DNA of 64,000 nt from the human T2T-CHM13v2.0 reference genome, Homo sapiens: assembly GCF_009914755.1 (NCBI RefSeq), contig NC_060947.1, one strand, 5' to 3'. Position 1 is the stretch's first letter; every line of letters starts with the position of its first letter. The notes under the pieces were generated by a model. The model saw only the letters and a list, made by a program, of their open reading frames with translations. It was not told the origin of the DNA and searched no databases. Shown here piece by piece: positions 62,330-64,000 of this stretch. The position numbers and the translations under genes are program-made.

Positions 62330-64000
<1,671 letters not shown>

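Overview
Primate DNA (human or a close great ape; AluY and young L1PA present) containing the 5' end of OPHN1 (oligophrenin-1, an X-linked BAR/PH/RhoGAP gene) on the minus strand. From 5' to 3' of the gene: CpG-island promoter (~30.3-31.6 kb), non-coding exon 1 (donor at 30654), a 143-bp intron 1, and first coding exon 30353-30510 (CDS 30353-30506, [23 protein letters not shown]..., with Ile at codon 39). Positions 1-30352 are intron 2 and ~31.6-64 kb is upstream intergenic DNA. The rest is a dense mosaic of roughly 80 Alu-family elements plus L1, L2, MIR, MaLR/ERV1 LTRs (MER39-, MER51-, MER34-, MER41-like) and hAT relics. No other protein-coding gene, RNA gene or CRISPR array is supported, and I found no new biological system. 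The most notable observations are: a locally templated Alu copy inside another Alu's tail; an old ~130-bp duplicated non-repeat element with conserved SOX/homeobox cores; overlapping uORFs and a palindromic weak donor in the OPHN1 leader; and a MER41 LTR with a perfect estrogen response element plus fold-back ERE-like copies. Repeat subfamily names are by eye and boundaries are approximate.
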